The translations under genes and the position numbers were made by a program. A DNA stretch of 61,792 nucleotides, filler included, from Basidiobolus ranarum (lineage: Eukaryota): assembly GCA_040143965.1 (NCBI GenBank). It is 9 parts of 9 records of this genome, joined end to end, with 100 filler letters (N's around TTAATTAATTAA, not from the genome) between each part and the next. Parts side by side here need not be neighbours in the genome. Positions count along the whole stretch, not along the records: positions 41,299 to 48,067 come from JASJQH010001249.1; positions 48,168 to 54,933 come from JASJQH010001250.1; positions 55,034 to 61,792 come from JASJQH010001251.1; 6 more parts are not named here. One strand, 5' to 3'. A model generated the notes under the pieces. It saw only the letters and a program-made list of their open reading frames with translations. It was not told the origin of the DNA and made no database searches. Positions 42,760-55,239 of this stretch are shown here, piece by piece (position 1 is the first letter of the stretch; the number at the start of each line of letters is the position of its first letter).

Positions 42760-43197
42760 ATGCGTTTTTATGAGGTCCTATTTCCATTGCTGGTAATTTG
42801 CATTTCTCTTGCTTATGCGGCGATCCCAGATCTTTCGAATTTCAAGGATAATGAGCCAGATGTAGTCCAGGAATTAAGAAGACTTCACAACGAAAAGGTC
42901 CTCCCAGTGATCAAGGAAGTAACCAAGCAAATCCTTCGACCTGAGTTTGACGCTATGGAGGCATTGAAGAAATTAAAACGTATGAAAGATGAGTATCAAA
43001 ATGAAGGAGAGTCGCTAATGCAAAAATACTCAACCCAAGCACAGTATAAGAAGGCTCAGTTACATAAAGTCAACAAGATTGTCACTTCCGAGATACAAGT
43101 AGTCACAAACCTCCTAAAAAAGGCTGCTGTGCCGAAGGCTGAGGAACCCTATTTCACGTTGGTGAGGAGAAAAAATGAAACTTTACATGAACTTTAA
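42760..43197 (+). CDS. Secreted alpha-helical protein A (145 aa), unknown function
   Basis: Signal peptide MRFYEVLFPLLVICISLAYA; charged amphipathic mature region without Cys; TATA at ~42644. Confidence 0.72.
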   Translation: MRFYEVLFPLLVICISLAYAAIPDLSNFKDNEPDVVQELRRLHNEKVLPVIKEVTKQILRPEFDAMEALKKLKRMKDEYQNEGESLMQKYSTQAQYKKAQLHKVNKIVTSEIQVVTNLLKKAAVPKAEEPYFTLVRRKNETLHEL

Positions 43198-45124
43198 CGG
43201 AGTATCAATATATTCGTATTCGATAGAAATTTATCCTTTGGTGATTGTCTAGCTTCACTTGATTGCAGTTATTCTTTTCCGCCCACACCAAAATTTCGTG
43301 TATTTCGATTTCCTATGGTAATCTAATGTCTCTTGTACTATATGCTCAATAAACCTCCAATTTTGAAACCTACATTACCCTTTTCTCTTAAAATAAGTAC
43401 TCTGTATGTACCATCCGCCTTAAACAAACTCAGCACATACAAAGTTTGGCCTACTACACTTACTGAATAACCAGTTTGCAATATCTGCCGCGCACTCTAG
43501 TGTTAGACAACAAGAAATAGTCATGTATGTGTTCTTTTGAAATTCACCAAGCCACTATATATTGCTGTAAGGTGGTGGCTCGCCGTTCAACGAATTTAAT
43601 TGTAGTGAGCGAAGTATGTTTAAGATAATGTCTAGACTGCTACAGAGAAGTTACTATAAGACTTGTAAGAAAGTATTCTTGGAGTTGAGGTCGGTTGAAT
43701 TCTGTTATTTTGATCTTCCGAAAAACATGGGGAATGTCATTATACTGGTACTACCAAGGCTTCGATGGTGCTGGTAAAATTAAATGATAGCTCCGGGGAT
43801 CCTAACTGTATGCTAATGAACCAGGTCTAAAGGATGGTATGTCAGATTTATTTCACTGCTTTTGAGAAGCCAATCCAGTTCAGTAACGTGGACACGGATC
43901 ATCTACATGAGGCCGTATATCTTCCTTTATTCATCTGGCAGCTCCACTTGATGTGAGCGTGGATACCACGGATGCGGATACTTGTTTTCGCCAGTTTTTT
44001 TTGAAACTCACATTTATGCAAAATAGTTCATTTCAAGATAATAATATTTCCCTAAGCCTGAGATTCAATATAGTAGCATTAATGTGAACTGTAATCAACA
44101 CTGAGGTAAATCATGGTTGGGACCATACGTCGGTCAGATTTGCCTAGTCTGAAGAACTGTCGATCACGGTAAGTATAATGAGCATTATGCACAATGATTA
44201 AATGTTATGCGCTTCATGGATATTGATAGTCCCTTGAACTTGCAACAGACACGTTACTATTACCTGAACAAGGATCGACGTACAGGGGTGCCGCAAGTAA
44301 TATAGAGTGTTCTCATATTGAAATTATCAGTAGTTGATCACATACGCACCCTGTCATTCAAAATAGTTTCTAAGCTCCGATTTATTGTTCTGAATCGTTT
44401 CATAAAGATCAACGCTCATTATCTGGTCGTTACAGAGTTTCACCATGTGAGGGTTGAAGAAAGACAGGTCATAACATATGAAAAGGTATGATGTATCTCG
44501 GTTGAACCTGGAGGTCAAGTGCTCTATGTCCTGTTCTTTGTGAAGAGCACCTTCGAACAATTTCAACTTCGTCATTAGATAGGAATGACAACAGGACTTA
44601 CTTCATCTATTGCTTCAATAAATGAGCTTCGTATCATTCTGGTCTATTTAGGTCTATTTGGTTTCGTATTAAATCTACGGGTGCAATCCGAGTATTCAAG
44701 TCCATAATTTCCTCTGTCAGAAAAACGATGTTTTACCCGAGCAGTTGGAAATGTTCAGCCCTTGATAGTGCCACATGCACCTAAACACCTTCCAGATTTC
44801 CACAGGTAGTGGGGGGTAGTAGTAGTACTTCTTTGTATAGTTTTATAGCGTCATAAAACACCCATGAGCTAGTCATTCGTTTCTATCTCTATCAGCGTAT
44901 CCTACTGCATAGATCAGTTCGTTTGTACTGTCCCATGCAAGTAGCTGAGGTGTGCGATTCATGTGTTGTGGCAATCATACTATATCTAGACCTTCAAAAT
45001 AAAGTTATAAAATCGAGCAGTGATCGGCTCCCATTAATTTTCTTTCAAGGTTTAACGTCTTACCCTTCACCTTCCTTAACAACTCTTTAACTAAACCGAA
45101 CAGTACATTCGAATCTTCAGCAAG

Positions 45125-45469
45125 ATGCAAGTCAAACTCATACTGACCTTGTCAATATTTTTGCCAGGGATTTTCGGGCTTCCTGGAATCGTCGAGGAGC
45201 TCTTGCGCCTTCGCTCTCAGCTTTTTGACCCGTTCAATGAGTTTCTTCAACAAAGAGAACTCTTAAGCGCTTATACAAACCCACATATTCGCCAACGTTT
45301 CAACCGCCTGTTGGGTAATTACATCCAAGCTGAGAAAATGCTCCTGATGCGTCACAGAATCGAAGCATACAAACATCGGGGACAAATTGATATTGAAAGA
45401 AAAATTACTAGAGAAGCTATTGATCAATTCAGAAGCTTCTTGAGAAATGACCGATTCATTGTTCAATGA
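45125..45469 (+). CDS. Secreted alpha-helical protein B (114 aa), distant paralog of A
   Basis: Signal peptide MQVKLILTLSIFLPGIFG; TATAAAA at ~45006; AATAAA downstream; aligns without gaps to A. Confidence 0.72.
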   Translation: MQVKLILTLSIFLPGIFGLPGIVEELLRLRSQLFDPFNEFLQQRELLSAYTNPHIRQRFNRLLGNYIQAEKMLLMRHRIEAYKHRGQIDIERKITREAIDQFRSFLRNDRFIVQ

Positions 45470-45799
45470 CCAAGCGTGTACTGTTCAGATCAATCATTTG
45501 AAGTTACTATTTAATAAATTTATGCAGTCTACTGGACCTGTGTTCTTTTCTGAATGATTCAGTGACTTAGTTACGTTCTACAGGGTAGTGCCTGGTCTGA
45601 AGCACAAATCTTTAGCGGAAATTGACTTCACATAAGCGATTAACATACATTTTGTGCACCCTTTAATAATTTCAAACTTCAGGTTTATTTATTTTTGATC
45701 TGAGGGTTTCTCTCATCTCATAAAGAGAACGAGCACTAAATACTAAGCAAAGATAGAAGAGAATATAAAGAGAATTTCCAGTCTAGCTGGAATGATCTT

Positions 45800-46580
45800 C
45801 TATTTACCATACCAGATGAAACTGACTCCTTTTCCAGTTTCAAAATCGCCGTACGATTTCACGCCAACTCCACCTTTGCCACCAAAGCGGAAATTGTAAT
45901 TGCTGGTATACACACTGCCATCAGTATTGATCCTTTCAACCACAGCAACGTGGCCTGGCCCACCAGCTCCTTGAGATCCTGGTTGAAGTACGATGATCGA
46001 CGGAACCTTAGGCTTGTCTGCTTCAGTCCACTTACTGTCAGCTTTGGCACGTGAGCTCCATAATCTTGCATCTCCCGACCATGATATATGATGTCCAGTG
46101 ATTTGGGCGTATCGAGCATCCGCCCAGTCAGTACATTGTCCATTACGAAATTCAAATACTAATGGATAGTTCTCCACACCCAAAGTTGAAGTGTAACTGT
46201 CAGTAGAGTTATTTGAGTTGTCAGGATTAGTACCATTCGAACATTTGGGATTATTTTGACTATCCCCAGAGACTGCTTGATCACCAGAAGGCTTACAATA
46301 GTCAGGGGAGCCGGGCTTATCTTGATAACAGCCATATTGACACTTTTCAATGAGTTTGAATGAACTTTTCCCGGAACATCTATAGAGTACGTCTTTCTCT
46401 CGACCTAATTTGAAAAGCGGTTGATTCAACGGCTACACTTAAGAATCAATGGATTACAAACTCATAGTTACCTAATACATCTCCACAGTATAGTCCATTT
46501 CCATATGGGCAATGCTTACGAGCATTAACACTCAAAAAAATGGTTGTAAGTGCGGAAACAAAAGTCAAGAATTTAAGCAT
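45800..46580 (-). CDS. Secreted CHAP-domain amidase/peptidase with N-terminal Cys-rich domain, 2 exons
   Basis: Start MLKFLTFVSALTTIFLSVNA at 46580; intron 46405-46471; catalytic Cys in GQCTDWA and His in GHVAVVE. Confidence 0.9.
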
Positions 46581-47851
46581 CTCGGATGTAGGTGAATAAG
46601 TGTTTGTTGAAGTTCACGATGGAAATGGCCTCTTTTATATTGAATGTATCTTGGCTCACTACCTAGTACATTCAACATTCTTATTGATGGACCCAATCGC
46701 TTTAGACTGCGCTCAAACTGAGCCTTTGGTACATGGTAGCTTAAACACGTTTGCCAGTACTTGTGAGAGCTACCAGCCCCGGTTCACTTCTGAGAGTGTA
46801 TCTCACTTTCGCATATGAAGAAAGTGATATTCATTATTGCATACTACACTTGGATGCCTCATTTGAGATAGCATAGGTGTAGATAACAAATGGAATGGAA
46901 AGAATAGCATAGAGGTAATATTGCATTCAATTGTATCCAATCCCAACGACATCCCTAAATATTCCAATATATTTTCCGAGTCTCTTCAGTGTGTCCACTT
47001 CCTCTGATCCAGCTCATAGATTATTTGCTCCACTGATTGATCAACCATTGCTTGCCTTTCATTAATCTCGATCAGGAAATCAGATGAAACGGGCCAACGA
47101 TCAGGTCACGGTAATCTCAGAAGTCGTTCTGGAAGATTTGACCCGCTCAATCATTTGAGAATGCAATTCGGAAAAACTCTGGCTTGAAGCGGCTGCTCCA
47201 ATACCGAAGAGGGTTGATTTGCACTCATTTTAGAAAGCCAATAAGCTCCTACCAATAAAATGATAATATTTAAGTTCACTTCTGATTGCACAGAAATGAT
47301 TCAACTAATCGACTAAAGTACACAAAATTTACTTTATACAAATATTAGGCAGTCAAGACCTGTACTATGTTGTTTGTTTGGTGTACATAACATCTCGAGT
47401 GAAACAAGCATCGTGATGATTATATGAGAGACTGACTCGGTGATTTGAATCTCTTAGCTGCTAGATTAAAATTAATATGTTCACATCTTAGGCGACAATT
47501 CAGTTTCCTAGTCCGACTGTGAAGTAGTACCTACAAAGACACCAGAATCATAGCACAAAACATCCTACATATTACAGTGAAAGATAGGGAGAGCAGATAA
47601 TATCTTATCAGTCTCAGTACATGAGCCACCCAAAGTGTACTTCTACCGGATGTATGAAAGTCAAGTGAAGATTAATACTCGTACCATATTGTGCAGAGTG
47701 ATTTTTACAATAATGATAAACAATACGGCCAGGATTTGACTTGTCAAAAGTGTCTAATTTTATTGGGTAAATCTTATGATACGAAGATATTTAAATAACC
47801 GAGAGATAAGAGCCTACTTGAGGCTCACCAGTCGATAAAAACGCTTCATCC

Positions 47852-48067
47852 TTATTTCCAGATGAAGTCGACTCCGTTACCAGTACGGAAATTACCATAT
47901 GCCTTGATATAAGGTCCACCATTGCCATTGAAGCGATAATTGTAATTGCTAGTATAGACACTTCCATCTTTGTTAATTTTCTCAACTACAGCGACGTGTC
48001 CGGGCCCACCCGGTCCGTGAGCACCAGGGTGAATAAAAAAGATGGTGGGAACCGTGGGACTCTTGGA
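47852..48067 (-). CDS. Second CHAP-domain protein, 3' end only
   Basis: PTVPTIFFIHPGAHGPGGPGHVAVVEKINKDGSVYTSNYNYRFNGNGGPYIKAYGNFRTGNGVDFIWK*, a clear paralog of 45800-46580. Confidence 0.88.
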   Translation of the reverse strand, partial: SKSPTVPTIFFIHPGAHGPGGPGHVAVVEKINKDGSVYTSNYNYRFNGNGGPYIKAYGNFRTGNGVDFIWK

Positions 48068-48167
48068 NNNNNNNNNNNNNNNNNNNNNNNNNNNNNNNNN
48101 NNNNNNNNNNNTTAATTAATTAANNNNNNNNNNNNNNNNNNNNNNNNNNNNNNNNNNNNNNNNNNNN
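48068..48167. other. Artificial contig linker
   Basis: N44-TTAATTAATTAA-N44. Confidence 0.98.
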
Positions 48168-49762
48168 AAGGATGCTGACTAGTTTATGAGATCATCTTTG
48201 TAGAAAACCCCACATAAAACACGATACAAGCCGAGACCACTTCGGCATAGCAATAAAATGAATGCGCATTTGTGTGGAACTTGCGATGTAAAACTTGTAT
48301 AAATGTACAATAGCACAAGGGTAGCTGGGGATATCGGCATGAAGACCCGGAGCCTCGCGGGAAAATGTGTTGACTGACCCCTTACATATCGAACCGACTG
48401 CTCCTGATAAAAGATTGCAAGCAAACAGTTGGCTATGTAGGGTCTCAAGTTATCGCCCAATGCTACTGCATGTAAGGCACCGATTAAATCTGATTGATTC
48501 TTGTGCAGGCACTCTTGATATTCAGATACCATCATCGCGACGTATTCGAGGTGCACCAGAGTCCTGATAAATCGAACCTCCTGAATATATGGCACGTTTT
48601 CACTTTCTATCATTGATTTGAGCTTGCTGCCTTTGTCGTGGCTTAGATTTGGTTTGGGATCTGGTCAGTGCCAATCGATATGGAGTAATCCAAGCAAATT
48701 AGTCTAAAATCAACTCTGCCAGACATAGATATAAATAGTACGGATCACCCCCAATTGGAGGCCGTGGAATGAGGGTTTTTCAGACCTGGTTTTTGGGTTA
48801 CTAATCGCTGGAACCTCAATTCAATCATGACCGTATTACATATTATACTGATCCCTGCCCACACATACCTACACATTAACGGATTGGCGAAGTGGGATGA
48901 CTCATTTCTAATTAGTATTGTTTTATGATCTTCAAGCCCAAATGTCCTCAGAATAGTTGTAGTGTAGTAGTTGAAACAATATGTCGTATAGCTTCTTGTG
49001 AAAATCTACTACATACACCACTCACTCTATTCGGCCAAATTCATTGGGGTTATTTTCTCAGCCTAACAATGAGATCCTGGTAAGTGGCAAACCACTAGCG
49101 GACATGGGTTCGGCGAGCACTAGTTATTGCAGGTACATAGCAATAATTGACTTGCGTTTAAGATTTTATATTTTAAAAGACTGTCTTGTCACACGGTCTT
49201 AAGCAAGTAAGTACTTAGCTAATCATTTGCTCTTTTAGCGCGCGAGTATGAAGCGCAGAATACCAACTATACTAGCGAAAAAACCTCATAGTAGACTTCT
49301 TGGTTTATTTCAGAGTCATATACCTTATTCGTGCTTATAATCTGCCTTCATTTTGGTGCTCTCTATATCTTACATTCGACGCATCAGGGAATTTATGATT
49401 CTATAATAATTTGGAAATATATTGTTTTTACCAATTGTTCGACTATAATCCAAACACATGTGTAGTAAAGGGCAACAAATCGATGTTATGTCCTTGGATC
49501 TACCTTGATTAGAATTTCTGTTGCCATCACCAAATGGTGTGAGTACTTTTACATACTTTATATTTATAAACATTTCTCAATAAATTTATCTGTACAACTC
49601 CCAGTATTTTGTTGTATCTTGCGCCGATTCATGTTCAATTAACCCCCTCCTCTAATTTTTAAGTTTCGAAAGGTAATGCAGCAAAAGAATTTTTATAAAT
49701 TCAAATCTATCTACAATCAAACAAAAATAGTATTATTATTGTCAAATGAACCTGACTAGATT

Positions 49763-50310
49763 TTAGTCTTTGGTAGAACCGTCGCGGGGTCTATATTTGA
49801 TACCGCGTCTATCTAGCTCATCCTCAACATACTCGGGAATACGACCAGAAACACGAACTGCATAGAGCCCCTTGGTAAATTTATCTTTCAAATTCAAATA
49901 AAAGTTAGAAAAAACTCAACTTAAGAATAGCAATGTCAAATTTACTCACCAATCCGCTGCCAACGTGCCACCCAACTCTCATCGGGTTTCATCATGGCGA
50001 TACAACTGATACAAGTTCTATTAGTATGAGAGGCACTGTCAACACTGGATAAAAGTCAAATAACTATACCCGTCAAAAGTCGAGCTAGTACATTCCATGA
50101 CGCGATCGTTACTTCCACGCATGCGTAGAATTTCTTCGCAATTATCGCAGCCAGTTTGCCTGAATTGTGCTGCATTCTAAGTAGTAACCACAATGTGAGT
50201 TTTAGTAACTGTTACATGATATAACTCTAGTAGTGGTATTTAACCTTCACAAGAGAGCACAGCAAACAAGCTCTTAGTTGGCGTTTCTCCGTAGGCACTA
50301 TGTTCGACAT
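49763..50310 (-). CDS. SPT4: Transcription elongation factor Spt4, 4 exons
   Basis: LRACLLCSLVK|NAAQFRQTGCDNCE...ECTSSTFDG|CIAMMKPDESWVARWQRI|DKFTKGLYAVRVSGRIP...YRPRDGSTKD*. Confidence 0.95.
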
Positions 50311-51237
50311 AACTCGGGGAAACTTCTAAATACAGGCGAAGATTTCTATGAGTGTCTTGAATCAACACTAACAGACCCAAAAATTTAATTTGATGCCTCG
50401 GTTCACACAAAACGGTTTTAGTATATTTATGTCATCTCTGTCATGATTGGCTAAAAAGCGGCTATATCAACATTTTTACATTGCAGTAGCCACCTTAACG
50501 TATCCACGTAAAATAAGAAATTCCCAAGTTCTCTGAAGAGCCGTGTCCTTTCTGGATTTTAGGAAAATTAGATCCCATGGAGGTAAGAACTTACAGAGAT
50601 CTGCCCTTTTGAGCAGAGAATGAATGGCTCCCGCTAAACAGTTCGACATGTAACAGAGGCTTTGGCTTAGAAACAAGCATTGAATCATCGGTGCATATTG
50701 GACTTATATCACCGATGTCTTGGACTCGGATCCAATGTTACTTGTAGTTTCACTCTGCTTTTCTTGTTTTCCTTTTATCGGCATATATGCAAAATACATA
50801 GGCGGACGTTGACCAATGGTTGCAGGTTCTCTGGTCTTCTCGCACTTGTGCCAATAGATTTCCTCTCTTTCATTCGTAATATCCATTTTTGGTTAGAAAC
50901 TGATTAATTCAGCGCCAAAGCCATTACATTTTTGATCTTTGATTTAATTTATGTTGAGCTTGAAGAGAGTGGACACATGAGAGGGTTATTATTTTCCCCG
51001 TTAAAAGCCCCGTCCTATTTAGTTAGGGCTTGGTCCATATTTTTTCAGTTACTTCTCTAACTGCTAATTTTAACCTCGGAGTATGTTTCCATATTGTTGA
51101 AATATCTAAAATAGCTTCCCATCACTCCACTTTCTTCTAATATATATCAATACGTCTATACTTTAAGCTGCAATAACTCTTCAACATAGTTTTTTGTGTA
51201 GTATATTCAAGTCGGCTCTCTTGCTGAGAAAACTACC

Positions 51238-52533
51238 ATGACTACTTTCGCTAATCTACACACCATCTCAGAAAAGGAGAATGTTATCCTCGATACTAAA
51301 CTTCTCAAGCGTTTATCGCAGGATTCCGCTCTAAGCTCCCCTCCTGCTGAATATCGTTTAAGCCTTGGATCCCTTCCGGAGACTGACTTGGAGCTTGAAT
51401 CCCATAGCGCACTAGATCATATTAACTTGGAATCTAGTCCTTTGAATAGTTCTGAGGTTTCGACAATATCACTCGACCTTGAGCTTGAACATCTCAGCTT
51501 TCCCTCGCCTGTTTTGCTTAAAGGTCCTTTTCAATCCGCTCAACCCATAGTATATACAAAAACCTTTCCACAAACTGATAACTCTTATTGGGAGGATTTG
51601 GTAAATAATTTTAGTCAAAGATACCAAGATGCGCCTGACTTAGTCCGTGAAAAGCTTTACGATGGAATTCCATCTACTTATCGAGGTCGTTTATGGAAAA
51701 TTATGAGCAAAGGAGACCTTACTTTCTTGGAAACTTTATACGCACAGTTGGTAAATGAAGCATCTCCCCATGATTGGGATATATCTCTGGATCTACCACG
51801 TACATTTCCAAGACTGGAGATGTTCCAAGATAAAGATGGACCTGGTCAAACGGGAATGAGAAATGTTTTAAGGGTTTACTCCACCTATGATTCACAGGTA
51901 GGCTATTGTCAAGGGTTTGGCCACATCGTTGGTGTACTGTTGATGCAACTGGAGGAATGCGAGGCATTTTGCGTTTTTGTAAGGTAGGACACTAGTCTCT
52001 TTAATCCTCTAACTATGGTAATCTCAATAGAATCTCATTGACGTTTTAGAATGATGGAGAGTTACAATTTACGTACCACATATCTACATAACATGATTGG
52101 TCTTGAATTACGAATATACCAGCTTCGGTCATTGATGTCCGCGCACCTTCCTAAACTTTTAAGTCATTTGGATGCCTACAATGTCAAGACTGGGATGTAC
52201 TCTACTCAATGGTTCTTGACTCTATTTGGATGCTGTTTCCCACTGCCATTAGTACAGAGAATATTCGATGTAATGTTCATCGACGGAATTGACGTAACTC
52301 TCCTGAGAGTTGCATTAACGCTATTGAAACGAAATGAGGCCCGGATACTTCAATTGAACCAATTCGAAGACATCATGATGGTTCTAAGCAACAGACTATG
52401 CGAACCTTATGTTGAAGCAATTGGAGATATCATAACCGAGGCCAAGATGCTGGAGCAAACAGTAAATAAGAAAAGCTTAAGTGTATATACCCGAAGACAT
52501 GAGCTTTTACGTAAGATATTTGATCGTAGTTAA
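51238..52533 (+). CDS. Rab GTPase-activating TBC-domain protein (Gyp5/EVI5-like), 2 exons
   Basis: GIPSTYRGRLW, ISLDLPRTFP (Arg finger), VGYCQG (Gln finger) and MYSTQWFLTLF; intron 51984-52049. Confidence 0.9.
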
Positions 52534-53111
52534 TTCTTAGTAGAAGTCGGTAGTTTTTTGTTCGGTTCACTAAATTCATAGCTCTAGTGAAACGCTTTCC
52601 TTGTTCTTTAACCCACATTCGATTGTGGTTAACATTACAATGTATAACTCCACTCCTTCATTATGCTCTTCTCTCATTGTTACTTGTCGGCCAATCCTTC
52701 TCTTGTACATCAATACGCACGTAAATTATATTCAACCCTTGAACGGGTAAAGCATGCATGTTAAAAGTACTATTTTTCTGTTCTATTAACAACCTGGTAT
52801 AGTCTTGTCACTATATTTCAAGCTGTCACTGTCCAGATATCTAAACGAGTATTTCATACCAAATATATACTGCTTACAAATTTTATATGAAACACTAGAT
52901 TCTCTCATCAATTATGAAAGTATCAGTAAGAAATAATTGATCAATGTAAATTACATATCCCCCTGTGACTGTCCGAATACGTTTATCCAGTAAAAATAGA
53001 ATTTCATATAGTTCTAATGAAGTATATCAAATCGAATTTTTCACTCATTTCAAGATTACCTTTGGTTCTTTCTTCAGCTGGAGTGTGTAGTATATTTACA
53101 AAAGGCACGAC

Positions 53112-54195
53112 ATGTTTAAGTTAACCTCCAAATATTGGCTCAACTCTATCCGCTCCGTCCAGAGTAGAGATGTTGCAAGACTTTACTCACCCATATTGAT
53201 GTCTGGTAAGTCTTGAATCCGAAAGAATCCTCTTCTTGTTAGCTTTCTTTAGTTACTTGAAGGAAGAGAAATTTCTAAGGATTATACTTCCAATTTAAAC
53301 TAGGACTTCAACCGGTTATTTATAACTCCTCTTTTTATATAGCAAGAAAATTTGACTTGTCAAATACACAAACTAGAAAACGGGAATATTCTTTACATCA
53401 CTTTGATACCAATAAGTTCATTACTCGACTAGAATCTCAAGGGTTTGACAGAGAACAAGCACAATCCGTATTAGTGGCCATTACGGAGGTATTAGATGAT
53501 AGGTACTTATTTTACACCTTCATTCTTATATATCATTGACCTCTAACCTCAACTTAGCATTCCAAATATGATTCAAAATATGGTAAACAAAGCTGAACAG
53601 GAAAAGGTACGAAGAGTCTTTTATAGTATCATATAGCATTTACATCATGATAAACTTGATATTTAACCGCATTTGTTCATTGGCCATCATAGAACGTTCA
53701 TACGTTAAAGGTCGACTTTGCCCAATTAAAATCGGAAATGCAAATGTTGGAGAAAAATGACTTCGCAGTAATGAAAGCAAATAATGAACGTTTGGTCGCA
53801 GAAGTAGAGAGACTGGATCAAAAATTAAGAGATGAAATCTCCAGAACTCAAGCAAGTATTCGATTGGATCTTAACCTGGAGAAAGGAAGAATACGTGATG
53901 AGGCCAGTGGACATGAACTTAAAATCACCGAGACCGACACTAAGATTGAATCAACTATAGCCAGTCTGAGAACACAAATGGAAACTATCAAATTCCAAAT
54001 TCTACAATATATGATAGGTATGTACCTACCCATTCCACTCTTCAGGCCTTGAATTAACATTGCTGCTTCACTCAGGTACAATAACTGGCACTAGCGCTCT
54101 GATCTTAGGTACAGTACTTGTCTTTACCCTCGAGAATGCTCTCCACTTTCTAACATACAAGGTCTTCTTTAGCATATATGAGGATGTTCAGTTAA
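53112..54195 (+). CDS. DUF1640/CCDC90 (Fmp32/MCUR1-like) mitochondrial coiled-coil protein, multi-exon
   Basis: HHFDTNKFITRLESQGF, QKLRDEISRTQASIRLDLNLEKGRIRDE and a C-terminal TM segment IGTITGTSALIL..YMRMFS*; basic N-terminal presequence. Confidence 0.88.
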
Positions 54196-54766
54196 CTATA
54201 CTGGATGATCGTCTACAACGGTCATTGGACTTTTACATATCCGAAAGTGTGTGTGTAAGAGACATTCAGATGGCCAATACAACGGATTAATGTAAGATAA
54301 TGTAAGCAGTAAACGCAAGCTATTTTGAAGAAATCGATCAATTTTTCTTGAAGAATAAAGCACATGCTGGTGATTGATTTCGATCAATTACGCCCATTTT
54401 GATCAATGATTATATGCCACTTGGTATCATACTCGAATGTATGTATAAAAATTTATTCGTTATGGATGCGGGTAAGAGGGAATGACATTTCTTTTAGAGG
54501 ACACCACATTGAAGATGAAAAGAAAATCGAAGAAAGAATTGAAAGTTACTACTATTCACCTCATTATTTTCATAATGAAATAAACTAGGAAATGATGCCA
54601 TTTTTTAAGTACAAAGTGAGAGTGAAAACGAAATGAAAAATGAATAGAAGTGGTAGTGTTAAGAAAAACCAAAGTGCTATTGTATGGTCTAAAAGCTAAC
54701 GTTGGACTTTCTTTACAAACACTCATTCACTTATTCACTTGCTATCTGTCTCCCGACTTGATTAAT

Positions 54767-54933
54767 TTACTTGGGAGGGTTGTAGACGATCTTTCTGTTC
54801 TTAAGTACGCTCCACTTGTAGCGTTTAAGCCAGATTGAGATGACAAACAAACCAGAAAGAATAGCAACGGCCTTGAGACCTAACTTCTTACGTTCATCAT
54901 GTTCGGGTTCGGAAGCCCAAGATAAGAAAGTAG
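54767..54933 (-). CDS. CYT1: Cytochrome c1, 3' end only
   Basis: TFLSWASEPEHDERKKLGLKAVAILSGLFVISIWLKRYKWSVLKNRKIVYNPPK*. Confidence 0.93.
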
Positions 54934-55033
54934 NNNNNNNNNNNNNNNNNNNNNNNNNNNNNNNNNNNNNNNNNNNNTTAATTAATTAANNNNNNNNNNN
55001 NNNNNNNNNNNNNNNNNNNNNNNNNNNNNNNNN
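54934..55033. other. Artificial contig linker
   Basis: N44-TTAATTAATTAA-N44. Confidence 0.98.
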
Positions 55034-55044
55034 CACCATGGTCA

Positions 55045-55239
<195 letters not shown>

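Noticed and set aside
39183-48067. Mariner, copia and CHAP genes as one mobile island
   Set aside because: They are separated by the linker at 41199-41298 and lie on different contigs.
48179-48613. 144-aa minus-strand ORF and a CGTCDVKL motif resembling a piggyBac Cys-rich tail
   Set aside because: A single weak motif with no catalytic domain or TIRs seen.
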